A DNA stretch of 52,812 nt from a virus. Its lineage: Duplodnaviria > Caudoviricetes. Below are positions 17,622 through 27,200 of this stretch, piece by piece (position 1 is the first letter of the stretch; the number at the start of each line of letters is the position of its first letter). Below the pieces are notes generated by a model, which made no database searches, was not told the origin of the DNA, and saw nothing but the letters and a program-made list of their open reading frames with translations. The translations under genes and the position numbers were made by a program. The stretch is taken from positions 1-52,812 of IMG/VR virus record IMGVR_UViG_3300037070_000996. The stretch is one strand, 5' to 3'.

Positions 17622-18158
17622 ATGCCACGTAATAACACTTGGACTAACGCAGACGGTTTGGTTGTGGGTTTTGGTACCCACACCGCCGACAATGCTGTCC
17701 CGGCCGTAGTTTCTGAAGCTGGCCCTTTCAAGGTTGTGCAAGCAATGGTGCTTGGTACCGCGATTGAAGCCTCCGCTTCCCTTACTGCAGCTTCACTGCC
17801 TCCGCAAGCGATTCGTATCAAGCGAGGTTCGCTGATTAAGCGGGCAACGTTTGAGACTGTAGTCGCCTTCACGGGCTCCTCGTCTACCCTCAATATCGGT
17901 ACGTACAAGGCCGATACGATTGCTACTGTCGACGATGCGGACGGTATCGATGCAACTATCGCGCTTACGGCGATGGATGCGGTAGGTGAGACCGTGATCT
18001 GCGACGGCGCTCTTGTGAACGGTGTGGTGCCAGTTGGCGCAACCTCGGACAGTGATGTCCAGATTGTGTTCGGCTACGGTACCGCAGCTTTCACGGCGGG
18101 TAAGGGTATCCTCACTGTAGAGTACCAGGAACCCAGCTACATTGCCGTCAACGCCTAA
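17622..18158 (+). CDS. Virion structural protein (capsid decoration candidate)
   Basis: AGGAG RBS; WTNADGLVVGFG N-terminus; follows the MCP. Confidence 0.75.
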   Translation: MPRNNTWTNADGLVVGFGTHTADNAVPAVVSEAGPFKVVQAMVLGTAIEASASLTAASLPPQAIRIKRGSLIKRATFETVVAFTGSSSTLNIGTYKADTIATVDDADGIDATIALTAMDAVGETVICDGALVNGVVPVGATSDSDVQIVFGYGTAAFTAGKGILTVEYQEPSYIAVNA

Positions 18159-18170
18159 TAGGAGTCAACT

Positions 18171-18413
18171 ATGGCTACTATTACGAAGATTGGCTCGCAA
18201 ATGTCTGATGGGGTGGGTAACCCCCTCATCGGTCCTGCGCAGGCCGCAGTCGTGCATCTCACGGACAGCTCCGGTGGAACGGCCAGCGACACGCTCGCTG
18301 CCATCACTGGGTCTTACGTAGAAGCAACCATCGAGAATACGGTAGCTTCGCTTGCTGCGAAGATTAACGCAATTCTTAGTGCCCTTGAAGCCCACGGACT
18401 TATCAAAGTCTAA
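18171..18413 (+). CDS. Small virion protein (head fibre-like)
   Basis: AGGAG RBS; C-terminal LAAKINAILSALEAHGLI helix. Confidence 0.7.
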   Translation: MATITKIGSQMSDGVGNPLIGPAQAAVVHLTDSSGGTASDTLAAITGSYVEATIENTVASLAAKINAILSALEAHGLIKV

Positions 18414-18430
18414 GGGCGAAGTAAAGCAAT

Positions 18431-18458
18431 CGAGCCGGGTCCCTTCGCTCGGCTCTCC
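18431..18458 (+). terminator. Hairpin/terminator after capsid genes
   Basis: GAGCCGGG/CTCGGCTC stem; weak U-tract. Confidence 0.45.
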
Positions 18459-18476
18459 TAATTATAAGAGATCACT

Positions 18477-20255
18477 TTGGCTAAACTTACGCTAGATAAT
18501 GTTACTTCAGGCTACGCATCAGCCACTAAGATTAATGCCAACAATGATCTGCTTGAGGCAGCGTTTGATAATACACTCAGTCGAGATGGCTCCTCGCCCA
18601 ATGAGATGGAAGCTAACCTCGACATGAACTCCCACAGGGTTCTCAATGTCGGCGCCCCAGCCAATCAGAACGACGGCGCTCGTCTCAAGGATGTCCAAGA
18701 TGCTCTGGGTGTCAGCAACGGCAGCCCTCTTACGTCGGCCAATCTAATTCTCATTGCAGATGCTGACGGTGTGTTCACTTCCAACAATGTGGAGGGTGCG
18801 CTTAATGAGGCAATCAAACCGTACCCAATCGTAAGTGCAGAGACAATTATAGGCGCTACGATTGTAGATTTTAAGCTACCTCCTGGCTATGTCGATCGCT
18901 ACAAGCTGAACGCCGTACCAGGTACGACGGACATGAGCAGCGCTGTGCAGACGGCTGTGGATGTCGCCCAGACTGTCACGGGTGCCGGGCAGTACGGCTG
19001 TCCTATACGATTCCAAGCCTACTCGTACTTGCTTACAACTCCGCCAACGTTTGCGACTAGCTCCGAGTTCTCTCCTGTGGACATCGGCGGTGTGGGCATC
19101 GCATCGCAAATCATCAATAACGCTGCCCCCAACACAGCCCCTACATTCGATATGTCCGGTGTCTCTGGTTGGCGCATCCATGACCTGCTTATACTCGGCA
19201 ACTCTGCGCACAAGAACATCGGTATCAAGGTTTCCGGAGAGTCTGCTCAGACGATCTATTGGGAGATCAGTAACGTTCTTGCCCTTGTGCCACACTACGC
19301 GATCTATCTGCGTGACACTAACACTGGTGTTATACGAGACTTCCGATCTTGGCCGGGCATCACTGCCGACCTTGTTCAGATCCCTCAGACCGTCACGCTC
19401 AGTGATATCAACCATCACATCTATATGACTGGTGGCTTTGTTCACAACGTCTCCATCTACGACGCTCAGTGTAACCCAAACAATAACTACTGGGTAGGGC
19501 ACAGGGGTATCAAACTGGATGCGGCAGCTTGCACGGGCATTGCTATCATCGGCGGACTTTTCCAGACGCTCAGTGGCCTCAACAGCGAGACGGGTTTGGA
19601 CTTTCAGCCTTCTGGACTTGGGACCATTATCATAAATGCGCCGTACATGGAGGGAGCTAAGATCTATCTCAAGAACATCCGCAATTCGGATATTCGAGGG
19701 GTAGCGAATGGCGGTGTATCCGGCGGGATAGTACTCAATACGGCTTGTAACTACAACGTTTTCGCGGCTATTGATACTGAAACACTAGCAGTACAGGATA
19801 CAACCTCTTCGAGCAATCTGTTCCTAGGTTGTAAGTTTACAACTATAACAGATGTAACACTTACTACAGCCGGAACACTTGACCCCAACCGGTACATCGC
19901 TTGCACTCCGATTGCTACAGACTACGGCATCTTTAGGCGTATCCGTCCTACGTACAGCTCTAGTATCACCATCGACACTAAGTTGGGGGACACGTTCGTC
20001 ATCGACGTTACGAATACTTCTAATTTCACTATCACAAACCCTATAGGCCCTATTACTGGTCGACGCATATCGATCAATATTCGTAATGATTCTGGCACAG
20101 ACATTGGGACAATTACCTGGGGATCTAAGTACAAGATGTCTGCGTGGACTAGCCCAGCAGTAGGAACTCAGAGGACTATAACCTTCGAGTATGACGGCGT
20201 TATCACTGACGCTTGGTACGCACAGTCTGTTACTGGAGATGTCCCTAATGTCTAA
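18477..20255 (+). CDS. Tail fibre/spike with beta-helix (pectate lyase-like) region
   Basis: Anchor N-terminus NTLSRDGSSPNEMEANLDMNSHRVLN; TDMSSAVQTAVD spike motif; Asn/Gly/Ile-rich body. Confidence 0.85.
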   Translation: MAKLTLDNVTSGYASATKINANNDLLEAAFDNTLSRDGSSPNEMEANLDMNSHRVLNVGAPANQNDGARLKDVQDALGVSNGSPLTSANLILIADADGVFTSNNVEGALNEAIKPYPIVSAETIIGATIVDFKLPPGYVDRYKLNAVPGTTDMSSAVQTAVDVAQTVTGAGQYGCPIRFQAYSYLLTTPPTFATSSEFSPVDIGGVGIASQIINNAAPNTAPTFDMSGVSGWRIHDLLILGNSAHKNIGIKVSGESAQTIYWEISNVLALVPHYAIYLRDTNTGVIRDFRSWPGITADLVQIPQTVTLSDINHHIYMTGGFVHNVSIYDAQCNPNNNYWVGHRGIKLDAAACTGIAIIGGLFQTLSGLNSETGLDFQPSGLGTIIINAPYMEGAKIYLKNIRNSDIRGVANGGVSGGIVLNTACNYNVFAAIDTETLAVQDTTSSSNLFLGCKFTTITDVTLTTAGTLDPNRYIACTPIATDYGIFRRIRPTYSSSITIDTKLGDTFVIDVTNTSNFTITNPIGPITGRRISINIRNDSGTDIGTITWGSKYKMSAWTSPAVGTQRTITFEYDGVITDAWYAQSVTGDVPNV

Positions 20256-21000
20256 GCGCACGGTTCTGGATATGGCCCAAGGAGTCCTTAGTGCTATAGA
20301 TGGTGATGTGGTTAACTCTATTTCCGATACAGTGGAGTCCGGGCAGGTAGCAGACTTGATTAAGCAGTGCTACTACGAGATGGTAGATGAACTGAACCTG
20401 CCACACAAGAACGACCTTATGTCACTTGAGGGCTTGGCAGACCCACTTAAGCCTACTCACATGCATATCCCGGACAACGCCAGTCAGATCCTGTGGATTA
20501 AATACGACTGTCGCACCTTAGGTGTCTATAACTACGACTACCGTACTCTGAGACACGAGGAACCTGAGACATTCATCCGTACGGTCAATCAGCGCGACGT
20601 TACGGATACAACGAATCACTTGGTAGTCCAGTACTCGGCTAACATCCCACTGGTCATATGTAAGACGGCAGCTCCCAGATCCTGGACCTCTTTTGATGAT
20701 GAGTACGTTGTATTCGATTCCTACGACTCAGCTGTGGAGTCCACGGTACAGGCATCTAAGACGATCACATACGGCGCAACTGCTGGCGTGTTCATAGTTG
20801 ATGACGACTACATTCCTGATCTACCCGACAACCTCTTTACCCACCTGTACTCAAAAGTAGAGGCACGAGCATTCGCTAATCACAAGCAGCAACTGAATCA
20901 GAAGTCAGAACAACAGGAACGGCGAAGCCGTATCCGTATCCAGCGTAACAAACACAAAGCTGGTCGCAAAGTATTCGAGGGTCCTAATTTTGGAAAGTAA
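20248..21000 (+). CDS. Tail adaptor (tail tubular protein A-like)
   Basis: MSKRTVLDMAQGVLSAIDGDVVNSISDTVES N-terminus; position in the module. Confidence 0.8.
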   Translation: MSKRTVLDMAQGVLSAIDGDVVNSISDTVESGQVADLIKQCYYEMVDELNLPHKNDLMSLEGLADPLKPTHMHIPDNASQILWIKYDCRTLGVYNYDYRTLRHEEPETFIRTVNQRDVTDTTNHLVVQYSANIPLVICKTAAPRSWTSFDDEYVVFDSYDSAVESTVQASKTITYGATAGVFIVDDDYIPDLPDNLFTHLYSKVEARAFANHKQQLNQKSEQQERRSRIRIQRNKHKAGRKVFEGPNFGK

Positions 21001-21214
21001 CATTACAGCTACCGGAAGAGTTGTCGGTATCGTCAAGGTTCCCGGCACGGCATTTTTACGTCTGGCCTACGCCGACAACAAGCAGGGCAATGTGCCCTTT
21101 AAGTACGCCGGCATATACACCAGCGTCAAGATGGCAGAGTTTGCCAGAGATGAATTTGTTCGTGAAACACTTGAAGTCGCCGAAGAGCATAACAAGACTC
21201 GCAAGAGGGCTTAA
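20990..21214 (+). CDS. Small tail-module protein
   Basis: Fills the gap between adaptor and nozzle; P...G.YTS...A pattern. Confidence 0.6.
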   Translation: MESNITATGRVVGIVKVPGTAFLRLAYADNKQGNVPFKYAGIYTSVKMAEFARDEFVRETLEVAEEHNKTRKRA

Positions 21215-21217
21215 CTT

Positions 21218-23677
21218 GTGACCCAACTTCGTGCAGAGCGTCCGTCATTTACTTTCAACAAAGGTATCAACACCGACGCTTCGCCGTGCACCTTTCCGCC
21301 AGACTTCTCGGTAGACGAACTGAACTTTGATCTGTTGGCCGACGGCACTAGACGGCGTCGCCGTGGGATGGTTGCCGACTCCACGGATACTACCCCGCTT
21401 CCGTATTCTTACGGTATGGCGGTACGTTCGTTTAAATGGTCGACTGTTGGCGGAGATCCGACTCTTAACCTCGTCGTCGTCCAGTACGGAGACAAGCTGT
21501 ACTTCTATGAAGACGACACTAGCATAGGGGACGGCGCGCAAGAGTTCACTATCAACCTACAGCTACGTCGGGTATCGGCTAGCACAGCAGATGATGTAAA
21601 GGAGACCTATGTCGATATGGCGGCGGGTCGTGGTCGACTGTTCGTTGTAGGCAAGCACATTGAATCGTTTCAGGTCCTTTACAATGCCACCAGTGAAACT
21701 ATCGAACTGAGTCAGGTCTCTCTACAGGAGCGCGACTTTGAGGGCGTGGCTGACGGTGTGCCGAACACAACGCGACCGGATACACTCACTGACGCCCACC
21801 ACTACAACCTACTTAATTCTGGTTGGAGGGAGGAAGACATTCAAGGTTTCAGTGGAGTCACTACCTTCCCTTCTAAGAACATGATTTATTCCTTGGGGTT
21901 CCGTCGTGCGATAGAGACTGGTTTTGCAGACCTCGATGGCGTAAAGGAGTTCTCCCAGGATAAGCTACTTGCCGAGCTGTTTCAAGATGCTCCGGCTCCC
22001 ATGGGTCACTTCATCAGAAACCCGTTCAATACAGAAGTTGCAGCTCTTCCCCACGACATCGGCGGTGCTCCGTACAAGCTTGTGACGGCTATCGTGCTTA
22101 GCGACACAACTCCTAGCACAACTGTTACGTGTACACTTACCTGTCCAGACCACGATCTGAGTGTCTCTGACCATATCTGGCTAGTTAATAATGAATACTT
22201 TCAGGCGACGCTCACTTACGTCAGTTCTATCGACGGCTCTACGGTGCTTTACACATTCCCAGGTGGGGCGCTAGACCAATACAATACTGTCCTGACAACG
22301 GCGGATGCCGACACGTTTACTATCGCTATACAACTTCCTGCTGACTTCACGGAAGATTACGCCATCGGCGGCGCTTCGGGTGGTGTGGGGCAGATGGCTG
22401 CGGCAGACTTGACAGACACCGTAAGCAACCCAAACGGCACGATTAGTTTGTACCGCCCGTCCACTGTGGCCTTCTTCGCCGGCAGAGCTTGGTACTCCGG
22501 CGTACACTTTGGTAAGCTGAACAACAAGGTCTTTTTCAGTCAGGTCATAGAATCTGATGCGCAGGCGGGTAAGTGCTTTCAGGTGGCAGACCCGACAGAC
22601 CCTAACATATCCGACCTTGTAGATACTGATGGCGGTGTACTCAGTCTTCCAGAAGTGTCCCAGATCTACAAATTGGTGCCGCATTCGTCCAGCATTCTCG
22701 TCTTCACTGACAACGGTGTATGGCAGATTGGTCCTGGGCAACGTGGGTACTTTACAGCTACTTCGTACTCTGTCCGCAAGGTCTCTGAGGTTGGTACCGA
22801 CGGCTCAGGGTCTGTTGTTATCGCTGAGGGTATCCCTCTGTTCTGGGGTAAATCCTCTATCTACGCCATCGTGCAAGACCCCAACAACGGCTTCTTGGTT
22901 GTCCAGAACCTGTCAATCAACAAGGTCGACAATCTGTTTAATGGTATATCGCCTACCTACAAGGCCCAGGTTCAGACAGCGTACGACACCCTGCTCAAGC
23001 GCGTTGTGTGGATGTACTACGAGCCCGACAGCGACGCCATAGAACCTCCTAATACGTACAATCGTTTGCTCATCTTCGACGTCAAATACCAGGCATTCCT
23101 TAAGTGGTCCCTGCCCACTGGCACAGATCATCTGTGCTCTATTTTCAATATTAAGAATGTCGAGACAGCAGCGCCCCGTAAGACTGTTAAGTTCGTATAC
23201 GTAGGAACTAGCTCTGCCTTTATCGCCGATCTGTCCGCCGTAGATTTCAGAGACTTCGAGCTATCTGAGATACCTGCTTATCTGATATCAGGATACGACA
23301 CCGCCAACTCTGTAACTCGATACAAATACGCGCCATTGATTCACGTCTTCATGAAGAAGACCGAGACGGGATTCAATGTTGTGGATGGAGATCTTGTGCC
23401 TATCGGCGAGTCGTCTATGACTATGCAAGCTAGGTGGGACTGGTCGGATAATGTCTCTGCTGGTAAGTGGGGGCCTACTCAGGAGTGCTATCGCCATAGG
23501 CGTATGTTCATCTCTGGAGATCCAGACTCTTTTGACGACGGCTCTCCACTCGTGGTAACCAGAAACAAGGTGAGAGGTAGAGGTCGTTCTCTGCATCTAA
23601 AATTCACAGCTGGTACCAACAAAGACGCCCACCTACTTGGGTGGACTACCAACTTCATCACACTAGGTGACAGCTAA
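21218..23677 (+). CDS. Tail nozzle (tail tubular protein B-like)
   Basis: 819 aa; TFNKGINTDAS, AFFAGRAWYSG, CFQVADPT and KVRGRGRSL. Confidence 0.85.
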   Translation: MTQLRAERPSFTFNKGINTDASPCTFPPDFSVDELNFDLLADGTRRRRRGMVADSTDTTPLPYSYGMAVRSFKWSTVGGDPTLNLVVVQYGDKLYFYEDDTSIGDGAQEFTINLQLRRVSASTADDVKETYVDMAAGRGRLFVVGKHIESFQVLYNATSETIELSQVSLQERDFEGVADGVPNTTRPDTLTDAHHYNLLNSGWREEDIQGFSGVTTFPSKNMIYSLGFRRAIETGFADLDGVKEFSQDKLLAELFQDAPAPMGHFIRNPFNTEVAALPHDIGGAPYKLVTAIVLSDTTPSTTVTCTLTCPDHDLSVSDHIWLVNNEYFQATLTYVSSIDGSTVLYTFPGGALDQYNTVLTTADADTFTIAIQLPADFTEDYAIGGASGGVGQMAAADLTDTVSNPNGTISLYRPSTVAFFAGRAWYSGVHFGKLNNKVFFSQVIESDAQAGKCFQVADPTDPNISDLVDTDGGVLSLPEVSQIYKLVPHSSSILVFTDNGVWQIGPGQRGYFTATSYSVRKVSEVGTDGSGSVVIAEGIPLFWGKSSIYAIVQDPNNGFLVVQNLSINKVDNLFNGISPTYKAQVQTAYDTLLKRVVWMYYEPDSDAIEPPNTYNRLLIFDVKYQAFLKWSLPTGTDHLCSIFNIKNVETAAPRKTVKFVYVGTSSAFIADLSAVDFRDFELSEIPAYLISGYDTANSVTRYKYAPLIHVFMKKTETGFNVVDGDLVPIGESSMTMQARWDWSDNVSAGKWGPTQECYRHRRMFISGDPDSFDDGSPLVVTRNKVRGRGRSLHLKFTAGTNKDAHLLGWTTNFITLGDS

Positions 23678-24282
23678 TGTCTAGTGAAAGCTCAAGTGGT
23701 GCAGCCAGTGGTGCAGCTCAAGGCGCGGCAGCTGGCGCCGCTTTTGGTCCGTGGGGTGCCATCATCGGTGGAGTTATCGGAGGTATCGCTGGCGCTCTGT
23801 CCGGTAAGAAAGCTAAGGAAGCCAAGAAGTACGCTGCACTGGCTCGTGGCGTCCGCCGGGAGCAGCAGACTATGCAGCTAGCAGTAGCTCGTAGGGATGT
23901 CGTGCGGCAGCAACGCATGGCGGTCGCACAGGCAATTGCGGCGGGTACAGCTGACGCTGGCGTTGAGTCCAGCGCCATTAAGGGGGCCACATCTAGTTCG
24001 CAGACGCAGGGACAGAGCGCCATCAACTACTTCGACACACAGGTATCCAAGGACAATCTGTTTCAAATATACGCAGCTAAGTCCGGGAAAGCTGCCCAGA
24101 GTTCTCAAGAAATAATGTCATTCATAGGTGCAGCAGGTGGCCTAGCTCAGGCTGGTGGTGATCTGTACGGCATGTCCCAAACACCAAAAGCGGAGACCTC
24201 CCCTTACACTTCTTTCAACCGACCCGTCTCTCAGGTCAAAACATATCCCTATGTAGAGTCCGACGTTAAGGTACTCGATTAA
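23677..24282 (+). CDS. Internal virion (ejection) protein, small
   Basis: Gly/Ala-rich hydrophobic N-terminus GAAAGAAFGPWGAIIGG. Confidence 0.75.
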   Translation: MSSESSSGAASGAAQGAAAGAAFGPWGAIIGGVIGGIAGALSGKKAKEAKKYAALARGVRREQQTMQLAVARRDVVRQQRMAVAQAIAAGTADAGVESSAIKGATSSSQTQGQSAINYFDTQVSKDNLFQIYAAKSGKAAQSSQEIMSFIGAAGGLAQAGGDLYGMSQTPKAETSPYTSFNRPVSQVKTYPYVESDVKVLD

Positions 24283-27200
24283 ATGGCAAGCCGCCCCAAC
24301 GAAGAATTTGGACCAGAGTGGGACACTGCAAGCGTAGTAGACGCTGGCGTGACCGACGACCGTATGGTGACAAAAGCACAACCGTCATATCAGGCGGCGA
24401 GCTTAACCTCCACCGAAAGTACTGGCGCACGCAACTACCAAGCAGCTCTGGAAGATCAAAACACACAGGGAGTTAACTGGAATAGAGGTACTGGCTCGGA
24501 GTCCAGGGATCGGTACGCAGGTTCTGTTCTTGGCGCTGTAGCTGCCAACGCAGCTGGCTCCGACATATACGAGGCAGTTTCTAAAGGGATAGACGATATC
24601 TCCAGTTCCACTGATGCTGGCGTAGACATCTACACAACTGTCTCTCAGCAGACTGAAGAATCTGTTCGTCGTAACCTTGACAGCCTCAGTGGTGCCGCCA
24701 ATGGCGACGTAGCCACAATGACTGGCGTGTACGACGAGCTTAAGAAGTGGCGTCTGGATAAGGACAAGCCATGGGGCTTTGAGGCGTTCACTGTGCAGCA
24801 GCTGGACGGACTAGCTCAGTTGTACGCCAAGGACACTCCGATTGCAAAGGAGCGACTGTATCAGCGGTACGGTGGCTCAATGATCGCCGATGAGTACGAC
24901 AAGCACGGCAAGCTTGACACGATATGGGATTTTGCCAAGTTGTTCGTCATGCCAGGTACCACGCTTGCCATGGGCAACTTCACCGAACAGTTTGACCCCA
25001 AGCTTGTGGGTACGGCTGTCAACACACTGGATGAAGTAGTTGGGCGTATACCAAACCTCAGTATTGACGGTAAGGGTTTCGAAGCTTACAAGGCTACGCT
25101 GGATCAGTTCTGGAAGCTTCCGGTCGACAAACGACTGGTTACGCTGCCTATGCTCGACAAGCACATCAAGGATATCGCCGGATCTAACACATTCGTCTAC
25201 ATGAACATGATGACCCCCTTCGTAGAGAAGGAAGCCTACGACACGGTCAATATGGACTACTTGGTAGATACAGCGACGTTCCTGGGATTGATTCCAGGTA
25301 AGCCAATCTACAAGATGATGACGTTCGCCAACAAAGCGCGAATGGCGAGACGACCTATCCAGATTCTCAAGGAGACTGGTAACGCTACAAAGGCTGCTGA
25401 CCTTATCAACGCTGCTCTGGCTGACAGAGATGCGAACAGGGCTCGTAAGGTTACGGGTATGGACAGGTCAGATCTGGCTGCATCTGTGCAACCGTTTGAT
25501 CTTACCACAACGGTAGCCAATCAGGTAACCGGTGTGGCTCAGGATGCCATAACTCGTCTTGGAGATGACATCCTCAAAGCTCAAGGCCGAGTGGACCAGG
25601 AGTTCGACAGAGCCCTAGATCCTAGCCAGACTCCGCGACGCATCATGTTCGATGAGACGGCAAAGTTGGCGCATCAGCAAGAGATGCTGAATCAGTACGC
25701 CTACCGTTCACCCTACCCTGCTTACGCCAAGATCGTTAACCGTACTGACGATGGTTTTGAGGTTGAGGTTGAGTACGGTAGTAAGAGTTCTGGTGTATAC
25801 GACAAAGAGCATCTAGAGCAAGCCAACAAGATGCATGAGCAGTCTATTGCAGACTTGCACGAGCGGGCCGCGCAGATCCGAGAGCAGATCCCTGGAGGTA
25901 TCGCTCGCAGTGACGCACAGTCTTTAAATGTTGCAAACATGGATCGCTACCGTGAAGCGGGGCTGCCTGTTAAGGACAGGACCAAGAAGAAGGTTGATAC
26001 ACGAACGTTAGAAGAACGTGCAGACGAGGAGTTCGGTGTAGATGACGAAGTGGTCTCTATCCAGAATCAACTGAGGGCAGTCAAGGAGCAGATCAAGAAG
26101 AACAACAAGATCATAGCCGACCTTGACAAGCCTCTTGTGACTCAACGTCATCCTGTTAAGTACACCTTCAAACAAACAGGCATAGTGGATGCAGAGGAGC
26201 TTCAGCGGGGTACGTTCCCTAAGATCGCCAGTCCTTCCCAGGTTGCAGATCAGATCATTCGTGGTCAGGTCGATAACGCCACTCTCGCAGAGTTCACAGA
26301 AGCCAAACTCAACTCTTCGTTCCTGCACGCACAGCGGGACCTGGTTAAGGGTACCGGCCACGCTGAACGAGAGGCCGTGGACAAGCTACTTCTGCACGGC
26401 GACGAGATGGGTCGTGAAACCTTTCGAGTCGATGAGCTGATCGACGGTGTCGACACGAAGTGGGGTAAGGTTAAGCTTGACTCGGCTAAGTCGATTGCTC
26501 TGTACTATGGACAGCGCCGTATGTATCAGCGCCTGCACGAGATGAAGAACTATCTCAAGACTCGTGAGCTGGAAGTGGCCGGCTATCGCCAGTTGAGCGC
26601 TAAGGTGAAGAAGGCTGACGGTATGCCCGTCAAGCTGTACGCCAAGGAAACAATGGTGGACGAGCTAGGTAACCCTGTATCGAACAAGCGCGTCCCTAGT
26701 GGTGTTCAACGGATATACGATCACCAGACCGGCAAGGTTGTGGATGTTACCGATGAGATACACAAGCGTCTTGGCGGAGACTGGCAGGTCGTGCAATTCC
26801 GTCACGGCTACCGCTTTGAGGATGAGGTTGTCAACTTCGGTGTCATTAAACCCAACTCACACCTTAAGCCTATTACGGGGCAGGTCCTCGACTATCATCC
26901 TGGCTACGTCACCAAGCAACGACCCGGCGTATTCTACACAGCGACCAGAGAGTCGAGGATGCTTGTGGACGGTGTTAGTAAGCCTCGCTACTCCACAGTT
27001 CGATTCTTTCGAACGGAGCAGGAAGGACACGCCTGGAAAGCAGGGCTGTCTGCCGACGACCAGCAGTTGACTACCATTCTACCTGACAAACGCTACAAGC
27101 ACTCTGAGTACATGGAGCACGACGAAGAGTTTGATGCTCTCAACTTTGGCGGCATCTACACTGGTGAACGTACGGATCGTTCAATACTCATGGGCCTGGA

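Noticed and set aside
17599-18165. Identical GCCTAATAGGAGT junctions after the MCP and the next gene as a readthrough/frameshift signal
   Set aside because: Explained by a double stop plus Shine-Dalgarno; no slippery site seen.
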